DNA from: an uncultured Planctomycetota bacterium
Lineage (GTDB): Bacteria; Planctomycetota; Planctomycetia; Gemmatales; Gemmataceae
DNA length: 64,000 nucleotides
Direction: 5' to 3'
Assembly (NCBI GenBank): GCA_963849325.1
Contig: CAWKHF010000007.1
Location: 256,001-320,000 of the forward strand
The position numbers and the translations under genes were made by a program. Below, one piece after another: positions 55,872 to 64,000 of this stretch. Each line of letters opens with the position of its first letter. Position 1 is the first letter of the stretch. Below the pieces are notes generated by a model. It did no database searches, was not told the DNA's origin, and saw nothing but the letters and a program-made list of their open reading frames with translations.

Positions 55872-56582
55872 AGTACAGCTACGCATTGAAAGCAGCGCTA
55901 ATTGACATCAGCTGGGCAAGAAGGACAATCGGGGTTACGAGCATTCCAGGCTTTCTTTCCCCGGTGTTCCCATGCGCGGCCGCAAGAAAATGTTCTCCGT
56001 AGAATTAACCGATCCCCAACGAGCGGAACGGCTGCGCTGGCAGCGCTCCACCACCCTCCCCGCAGGGCTCGTTCGCCGGGGGCGACTGATCCTGCCCTTG
56101 AGCGAGGGCCGCTCCGTGACGGAGGCCGCCCAGATCGCCGGCCTGGCGCCCAACAACGCCCGCAAGTGGGTGCGCCGCTTCCTCGGACAGGGGACCGCGG
56201 GGCTAGACGACCAACCGGGGCGCGGACGCCGGCCGGTCTTTTCCCCCCGAGGTCGCGCTGCATCTGGTTAAGGTCGCCTGCGAACGGCCCGATCGCTACG
56301 GCCGCTCGCTGGCCCAGTGGGATTGCCAGGAACTGGCCCGCCAACTGGTCAACGACGGTTTGGTCGAGAGCATCTCGGCCGACACCGTCGGCCGGATGCG
56401 GAGCGGCTGGAAGCGTTCCTTCGGGAGTGGAACGAAGTCGCTCATCCGTTTGCCTGGAGTACGAAGTCGGTGGCGAAGATCATGGCCAAGTGCGAGCCGC
56501 GACTGCCGAACGAATCGAGCAGTCCGCCCGAACCCGCACAGGCCGCATGATTTCGCCACCTTTTCAATGCCTTTGTGTACTA
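55872..56582 (+). mobile_element. Internally deleted IS630-family element
   Basis: Terminal IRs AGTACA-N5-GCATTGAAA; HTH part (ARKWVRRF...GLDDQPGRGR) joined directly to the C-terminal WNEVAHPFAW; DDE core absent. Confidence 0.8.
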
Positions 56583-56594
56583 AGGATCCTCCCC

Positions 56595-58965
56595 ATGCCG
56601 ACTCTTCCACAAAAGATGCACTCTCGGTCTCGAACGCCTCTCTATCACCCGCTGCTCTGCCTGGGTGTGATGCTGCTGAGCTGCTCTCCGGCCACTGCGG
56701 AGAGTCTCTCCACTGTGCTACGCTCGGCGCGTAGCGGTCCCTGGTCGTCGGCGACAACCTGGGAGGGCGGCAAGGTTCCCGGCGCGGCAGCGCGTGTCCA
56801 GATCCGCACCGGCCACCGTGTCGAGTACGATGTGGCATCGGACGCGGTGATCCGCTCCATCCACGTCGCCGGCGTCCTGAGCTTTGCCCGCGACCGCGAC
56901 ACGCGCCTCGACGTCGGCCTGATCAAGATCCAGCCCGGCGACGATGCCAGCGAGGACGGCTTCGACTGCGACGCCCACATTCCCTCTTCCGGTCCCAGTG
57001 CCGCACGGCCTGCCCTGGAGGTCGGCACGCCGGAGCGGCCGATCGCCGGCCGGACACACGCGCCCTGATCCGCCTGACTTACGTCGCGGGCATGGACAAG
57101 CAAGTCGTGCCCGGCCATCGTCTGCTGCGGCGGCCGCATGGACTTCCACGGCGCCCCCCTGAGCCGCACCTGGGTCAAGCTCGGCGACACTGCCAAGGCG
57201 GGCGACACTGCCGTGACACTGGCCGAGCCGGTGACCGGCTGGCGCGTCGGCGACCGCGTCATCGTCACGGCCACGCAGCGCTCTTCTCGCAGGCGTGGAT
57301 CGTTCACCGAGGAGCGCATCCTCACAGGCCATCGACGGCGACCGGCTCACGCTCGACCGGCCGCTGGAGCACGAGCATCTGGGACGCGGCGACTATCGCG
57401 GCGAGGTCGCCAACCTGAGCCGCAACGTCGTCGTCGAGTCGGCCGACCCCGCGGGCGAGCGCGGCCACACGATGTACCACCGCCGCTCGGCCGGCGCCAT
57501 CAGCTACGCCGAGTTCCGCCACCTCGGCAAGCAGGGCGTGCTCGGCCGCTACAGCCTGCACTACCACCTCGTCGGCGACACGCATGCGCGGCAGCTACGT
57601 CATCGGGGCCTCGATCTGGGACAGCGGCAACCGCTGGCTGACCATCCACGGCACCAACTACCTCGTCGTCCGCGACTGCGTCGGCTACAGGAGCGTCGGC
57701 CACGGCTTCTTCCTGGAGGACGGCACCGAGGTCTTCAACGTCCTCGACCGCAACCTCGCCGTCGGCGCTCGCGCCGCCAAGCCGCTGCCCAAGCAGGTGC
57801 TGCCGTTCGACCAGAACGAGGGGGCCGGCTTCTGGTGGGCCAACAGCCTCAACACCTTCACGCGCAACGTCGCCGCCGAGAACGACCACTACGGCTTCCG
57901 CTTCGAGGCCACGCCGAGCAGCGCGCTCAAGCTCACCTTCCCGGTGCATGCAGCCCGACGGCAGCCGCAAGGTGCTCGACATCCGCACGCTGCCGTTCGT
58001 CCGCTTCGACGACAACGAGGTCCACAGCAGCGTCGGCCTGTACGGCGTCAACCTCGGCGAGGGCGTCAACCGCGTCGGCCCGGACGCACGCCATCCGTTC
58101 ATCGTCCGCAACCTGAAAATCTGGGACGTCCACTACGCCTTCCGCCCGCAGGTGCCGTCGCTGCTGGTGGAGAACCTGACCATCCACCGGGCGGACTACG
58201 GCGTCTACCACCCCAACTACGACCACCACGTCTACCGCAACCTGACCATCAGCGAGACGAACACCGAGCCGTTCAACCGCGGCCACGACGACCTCAGCGT
58301 GCAGTACGGCGCCCTGGCCGTGGACGGCCTGACGTTCGCGGGCATCCGTTCCGGCGGCGAGATGCCGCTGATCCAGATCAGCGACGACAACCCGACCGGC
58401 ACGGCTGTCATCGCACTTCCGCAACGTCAAGATGGTGAACTGGATCGGGCAGCAAGGATCGGGCGCTGGTGAACCTGGGCGGCGGTCCGCGGCCGCACGC
58501 CGAAGACGGCGAAGGGCGTGCCGGTCTACCTGCACGACTGGTTCGGTCCCGGCCGGCACGCCAAGGTGGTCAGCACGCGCTCGCCCGAGTTCAAGGCGGA
58601 GGCCGGACAAGTATCGCGCCGGAGCCGCTGCTGACCGGCGACGAGTCGCGCGTGGCCGAGGTGCGAGATCGTGGCCTTCCCGAAGCTGCTCGACCCGGTG
58701 GACGACCTGCCGCCGGCGACGGTCATCACGCACGTCCGCGCCGCCGGCGGCAAGCTGGCTGGTGCGCGGGACCACGTCGGACAACGGGACGGTGAAGCGC
58801 GTGCTGGTCAACGGCAAGGAGGCTCGCGCCCTGGCCGAGAACTTCGCCGAGTGGGAAATCATTTTGGACGGCGTTCCCTCCTCCGGGCTGAAGCTGTCTG
58901 CCCACGCCGAAGACGCCGCCGGCAATGTCGAAAAACGGCCGCACGAATGGACGCTTGGACGCTAA
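56595..58965 (+). CDS. Secreted G8-domain / parallel beta-helix protein; many frameshifts
   Basis: SGPWSSATTWEGGKVP, LEVGTPERPI, TGWRVGDRVIV, EVANLSRNV, LGRYSLHYH, GHGFFLEDG. Confidence 0.82.
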
Positions 58966-59115
58966 CAGTCTGTTCCCAAAGCTCCCCTCTCCCCCTGTAC
59001 TCAGGGGGAGAGGGGTTGGGGTGAGGGGGTGCGGTTTCCGCAGGTTTCTCTCCCCCTCACCCCCAACCCCTCTCCCCCCGAGTACAGGGGGAGAGGGGCT
59101 TTCGAGACAGACTCT
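58966..59115. repeat. Large nested REP-like palindrome
   Basis: CCCCTCTCCCCCTGTACTCAGGGGGAGAGGGG ... CCCCTCTCCCCCGAGTACAGGGGGAGAGGGG with outer complementary arms. Confidence 0.85.
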
Positions 59116-59150
59116 GACAGCACCCATCACTCAAGCTGCAAGATGACACC

Positions 59151-61409
59151 ATGGCCCGCTTAACACCCAGCGAAAAGCAAGACATCATCCGCTTCCTCGA
59201 AGCCGACAAGCCGTTGCCGGACAAGTATCGCTTTCTGCTTTTCGACGACAAACGCGAGGTCGAATTGGTCTGGAACGGCAAGACCAGCGAAGTTTGCAAC
59301 GTCGTTCTGCCTTTCCAAGTCATCGAGCAGGTGGACGAGCCGCGCGCCGAAGCGGTCAAGGAGCAGCCGACGCTGTTCAACATGGACGAGCGCGGCCGGC
59401 AGCTTACCGGCTGGACCAACAAGCTCATCTGGGGCGAGAACAAGCTCATCCTCTCCAGCCTCAAAAATGGCCCGCTGCGCGAGGAGATCGAGGCCCAGGG
59501 CGGCATCAAGCTCATCTACATCGACCCGCCCTTCGACGTGGGCGCCGACTTCAGCATGGACATCGAGATCGGCGACGACACCTTCACCAAAAAGCCCAAC
59601 ATCCTCGAGGAAATCGCCTACCGCGACACCTGGGGCAAAGGGGCGGATTCGTTTATTTCGATGATTTACGAACGACTGATCCTGATGCGCGATCTGCTGG
59701 CGGAAGATGGAAGCATTTATGTGCACATGGGATGGGGCGTGGCGCACTACGTTCGAGCAGTGTTGGATGAGGTTTTTGGTAAGAAGAATTGCGTCAATCA
59801 GATCATTTGGAAACGACAAACAGCGCACAGCGATACCGGCCAAGGTTCTGAGCACCTGGGGCGACTTCATGACGTTGTTCTTCTCTATTCAAAGAGCGAT
59901 CGGTTTCCATGGAACATGCAGTTCACTCCTTACGATGAATCGTATCTCCAATCTCATTACAGCCGAGTCGAATCCGAAACTGGCAGGCGATACCGTCTTG
60001 ACAACCTCACGGCCCCCGGCGGGGCAGGCAAGGGTAATCCTACATACGAGTATCTGGGCGTAACAAGATTCTGGCGCTATTCGCGGGAACGAATGGACGA
60101 ATTGTATCGAGCTGGCCGAGTGGTGCAAACGAAGCCGGGCACGGTTCCACAGTACAAGCGATACTTAGACGAAATGCCCGGTGTCCCAATTCAAGATCTT
60201 TGGACTGACCTAACATCGGTGAATTCTCAAGCAAAGGAAGCAGTCGGGTACGCAACACAAAAACCAGCAAACCTGCTTGAGCGGGTGATTTCTTTATCCT
60301 CAAACGAAAACGACCTCGTCGCCGATTTCTTCTGCGGCTCCGGCACGACGGCGGCAGTCGCGGAGAAACTGGGCCGCAAATGGATCGTCAGCGATCTCGG
60401 CAAATTCGCCATCCACACCACGCGCAAGCGCCTCATCGGCGTGCAGCGCGAGCGCAAGGCGAAGGACCAAACCTATCGCGCCTTTGAAATCCTCAACCTC
60501 GGCAAGTACGAACGGCAGCACTTCATCGGCGTCAATCCCAACCTGCGCGAAGAGGAACAGCAGAAGCAGCTCGAAGCGAAAGAGGCCCAGTTCCTCGACC
60601 TGATCCTCAAGGCGTACAAGGCGGAGAAGACGACTGGCCTGCGCGTCTTTCACGGCAAGAAGGCGGGTCGCATGGTCGTCGTCGGCCCGGTCAATCTGCC
60701 GGTGACGCGGCTGTTCGTCGAAGAGATCATCCTCGAATGCCGGCAGAAGCGCATCACGCAAGGTCGATCTGCTGGGTTTCGAGTTTGAGATGGGCCTGTT
60801 CCCCAATGTGCTCGACGAGGCGAAATCGAAGGGGATCGACATCCAGCCCAAGTACATCCCGGCCGAGGTGTTCGACAAGCGCGCGGTGGAGAAGGCTCAA
60901 GTGGTCTTCCACGACGTGGCCGCCATCGAGGTGAAGCCGCTTGTGAAGGGCAAGACGGTGGCGGTGCAGCTGACCGATTTCTCGGTCTACTATTCGCAGG
61001 ACAGCACCAAGGCGGCAGTCGAATCGCTCAAGGAGAAGGGGAGCAAGATCGTCGTCGAAAAGGGGCAAATCGTCAAGGTCGCGAAGGACAAGAACGGCAT
61101 CGTGACCAAGGAGACGTTGACGAAGCACTGGACGGACTGGATCGATTACTGGTCGGTCGATTTCGATTTCGAGAGCAAGAAGGAGATCATCCGCGTCAAG
61201 GACGAGGCGACGGGCGAGATGGTGGAGCGCTGGACCGGCGACTTCATCTTCGAGAACGAGTGGCAGAGCTTCCGCACGAAGAAAGACCGCAGCTGGAATT
61301 GACGAGCGCGGCAACGGAAGTGGACAAGAAGCGAGTGAAGATCGCGGTCAAGGTGGTGGACATTTTCGGCAACGACACGATGACCATTGTGGACGTATCG
61401 CTGCGATGA
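59151..61409 (+). CDS. mod: Type III R-M methyltransferase Mod (frameshifts near 60760 and 61295)
   Basis: LIYIDPPF, YATQKP, DFFCGSGTT, DWIDYWSVD, AVKVVDIFGND. Confidence 0.92.
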
Positions 61410-61589
61410 GCCGCGCACGCAGTAAGCGGTTTGTAGCTGCGCTTACTGCGTGCGCGGCTCGGAAACGCTTATGGCGTGCGCGGCTCGGAAACGCTTATGG
61501 CGTGCGCGGCTCGGAAACGCTTACTGCGTGCGCGGCTCGGAAACGCTTATGGCGTGCGCGGCTCCGACCGCTTACTGCGTGCGCGGCTC
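61408..61589. repeat. REP-like cluster: one inverted arm plus six tandem ~26-bp arms
   Basis: GAGCCGCGCACGCAGTAAGCG then six copies of GCTTA(CT/TG)GCGTGCGCGGCTC, mostly linked by GGAAAC. Confidence 0.92.
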
Positions 61590-61601
61590 TTTGGAGGAAT
61601 T

Positions 61602-64000
61602 ATGGCCCTGCATCCCAACTTTCCCGATGATCCGCAGGCGATTCTCGACCCGGCGATCCGCTGGTTTCCCGCCGACGAGGCCCTGCGCACGTCGAGCTTC
61701 GAGAAACTGTTGCCGCCCCTGGTGCCGACACTTCGCAAGGAAGTCAAGGAATGGCGCGACGGCGGCTACGAAGGGGCCAGCGCGACCAGCAAGAGCCTAC
61801 TGCGCTGGTGGTTTGTCGAGCAACATCTCCTACCGAGGGCGGATGGGACGTTGCAGGAGTTTCATTATTTCTTTGCGCAGCGCGAGGCACTGGAAACCAT
61901 CGTGTATCTTTACGATGTGATTGGCGTGAAGGACAAGTATGACCTGATGCGTTTTGACAGCTCCGGGGCCGTGTCCAGCGGCATGTTTGACGAAACCTGG
62001 CGGCGCTTCGTCGTGAAAATGGCGACCGGCGCCGGCAAGACGAAGGTGCTGAGTCTGATCCTCGCCTGGAGTTTCTTTCACAAGCTCTACGAGCCGGATT
62101 CAACGCTCGCGCGCAACTTTCTCGTGATCGCGCCGAACATCATCGTTCTCGACCGCATCCTCAAGGACTTCGACGGCTTGAAGATCTTCTTTCACGATCC
62201 CGTTCTACCCGATAACGGGTTTGAGGGCCGTAACTGGCGCGATGACTTTCAGCTGACCCTACACGTGCAGGACGAGGTGCGCGTTGTCCGCAAGACGGGC
62301 AACATCTTCCTGACGAACATCCATCGTGTTTACGCCGGCAACGAGTCGCTTCCGTCCGTGGACGACGAAGACACGATGGACTATTTTCTCGGCCCTCGGC
62401 CGACCGGGGCGACGACGGCCAGCAAGGTGGACCTGGGCACGATCGTGCGCGACATCGAGGAGCTGGCCGTCCTGAACGACGAAGCGCATCACATTCACGA
62501 TCCCAAGATGGCCTGGTTCAAGTCGATTGAGGACATCCACCATCGGCTTTTGCAGAAGGATTCGGCGCTTTCGCTGCAAGTGGACACGACGGCGACGCCG
62601 CGGCACAACAATGGCGCCATCTTCGTCCAGACCGTCTGCGATTATCCGCTGGTGGAAGCCATTTCGCAGAACGTCGTCAAGCATCCGGTCTTGCCGGACC
62701 AGGCGAGCCGGGCCAAGCTGCACGAGCGTCCGAGTGCCAAGTACACGGAAAAGTACGCCGACTATCTGCACCTGGGCGTGATCGAATGGCGCAAGGCCTA
62801 CGAAGAACATGAAAAGCTTGGCAAGAAGGCGATCCTCTTCGTGATGACCGACGACACGAGGAATTGCGACGACGTGGCGGCGTATTTGGAAGGAACCTAC
62901 CCGGACCTCAAAGGGGCCGTCCTCATTATCCACACAAAGAACAACGGGGAAATCTCGGAAGCATCAACGGGCAAAAGCAAGGAGGAGCTTGAAGCGTTGC
63001 GCAAGCAGGCCAATGAAATCGATGGTATGGACAATCCGTACAAGGCCATTGTCTCCGTTCTCATGCTCAAGGAAGGCTGGGACGTGCGCAACGTGACAAC
63101 AATAGTGGGCCTGCGGCCGTATGGCGCCCACAGCAAAATCCTTCCCGAGCAAACGCTGGGTCGCGGCCTCCGCAAGATGTATCCGGGAAGGGTAGAGGAA
63201 TACGTGAGTGTCGTCGGCACCGAGGCGTTCATGGATTTCGTCGAATCGATCCAGGCTGAGGGCGTGGTCCTGGAGCGCAAGGCAATGGGCGAGGGCACCG
63301 GCGCCAAAGCGCCGCTCGTGGTGGAAGTGGACAACGAAAACAAGCAGAAGGACCTGGACAAGCTCGATATCGAAATCCCGGTGATGACGCCTCGGACCTA
63401 TCGCGAGTACAAGAACCTGGATCTCATCGATCCGGCGAACATTGAGCACTCGAAGCAGCTCTACCTGCACTTCAGCGACGAAGAGAAACGCGAAATAGTA
63501 TTCAAGGACATCACCAGCGGCGAAATCACCCATACGACGGTACTGGACATTGCCGACGTAGCGGACAGCACCAGCGTCATCGGCTACTTCGCGCAAACCA
63601 TCATGAAGGATCTGCGCCTCGTGAGCGGATATGCCGTGCTGTACCCCAAGGTGAAAGCCTTTGTGCGCGATCATCTTTTCGGGCAAACCATCGAGATGGA
63701 AGACGCCAACACGCTTCGCAACCTGTCGGAACTCGCGGCGACCAAGACGATAATCGAAGGATTCAAGAAGGCGATCAACGCGCTCACCGTGCAGGACAAG
63801 GGCAACGCCGAGATACGCGATCGCATCAAACTTCGGCAAACCCGGCCCTTCGTGACCAAGGATCAGGGGTTCCTCGTACCGAAGAAAAGTGTCTTCAGCC
63901 GGATCATCGGCGACGGCAATCTCGAGCTCGAATTCGCCAGCTTCCTGGACCGATGCGACGATATTGTTTCTTTCGCCAAGAACTACCTCGCCGTCGGCTT
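61602..64000 (+). CDS. res: Type III R-M restriction subunit Res (helicase), 3'-partial
   Basis: GGAGG-ATG MALHPNFP; FAQREA, KMATGAGKT, LNDEAHH, TATP, LKEGWDV, EQTLGRGLR. Confidence 0.92.
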   Translation, partial: MALHPNFPDDPQAILDPAIRWFPADEALRTSSFEKLLPPLVPTLRKEVKEWRDGGYEGASATSKSLLRWWFVEQHLLPRADGTLQEFHYFFAQREALETIVYLYDVIGVKDKYDLMRFDSSGAVSSGMFDETWRRFVVKMATGAGKTKVLSLILAWSFFHKLYEPDSTLARNFLVIAPNIIVLDRILKDFDGLKIFFHDPVLPDNGFEGRNWRDDFQLTLHVQDEVRVVRKTGNIFLTNIHRVYAGNESLPSVDDEDTMDYFLGPRPTGATTASKVDLGTIVRDIEELAVLNDEAHHIHDPKMAWFKSIEDIHHRLLQKDSALSLQVDTTATPRHNNGAIFVQTVCDYPLVEAISQNVVKHPVLPDQASRAKLHERPSAKYTEKYADYLHLGVIEWRKAYEEHEKLGKKAILFVMTDDTRNCDDVAAYLEGTYPDLKGAVLIIHTKNNGEISEASTGKSKEELEALRKQANEIDGMDNPYKAIVSVLMLKEGWDVRNVTTIVGLRPYGAHSKILPEQTLGRGLRKMYPGRVEEYVSVVGTEAFMDFVESIQAEGVVLERKAMGEGTGAKAPLVVEVDNENKQKDLDKLDIEIPVMTPRTYREYKNLDLIDPANIEHSKQLYLHFSDEEKREIVFKDITSGEITHTTVLDIADVADSTSVIGYFAQTIMKDLRLVSGYAVLYPKVKAFVRDHLFGQTIEMEDANTLRNLSELAATKTIIEGFKKAINALTVQDKGNAEIRDRIKLRQTRPFVTKDQGFLVPKKSVFSRIIGDGNLELEFASFLDRCDDIVSFAKNYLAVG

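Noticed and set aside
61441-61589. CRISPR array
   Set aside because: Units are contiguous ~26-bp tandem repeats with no unique spacers, and there are no cas genes.

Overview
High-GC bacterial chromosomal window. The gene families (DUF1501, DUF1549/DUF1553, planctomycete cytochrome c, TIGR03000, WD40 kinases) point to a Planctomycetota genome, probably Gemmataceae-like. Many genes carry single-base frameshifts, which most likely reflect an error-prone long-read consensus. Content in order: hemG, a PA0069-type radical SAM gene and feoA-feoA-feoB; an EamA / opine-dehydrogenase / cobalamin-binding-enzyme cluster; two TA pairs; a C25 peptidase; WD40 signalling proteins; arsR and dapA; an accessory island (24.7-31.7 kb); a probable SelN-like selenoprotein; two DUF1501/DUF1549 clusters; glpX; a kinase-ATPase; a CocE/NonD hydrolase; a deleted IS630; a G8 protein; and a type III R-M mod-res pair running off the end. 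Highlights: (1) the island looks like an integrase-less integron remnant with two attI-like ~100-bp repeats, and removing two different IS110-family elements rebuilds a ~59-60-bp attC that both hit at symmetric positions; (2) one of those IS110 recombinases is fused to a primase-type CHC2 zinc finger; (3) an in-frame Cys-TGA in a selenoprotein-N-like protein; (4) a B12-enzyme plus opine dehydrogenase operon of unknown chemistry. All family assignments come from motif recognition by eye; no searches were run.
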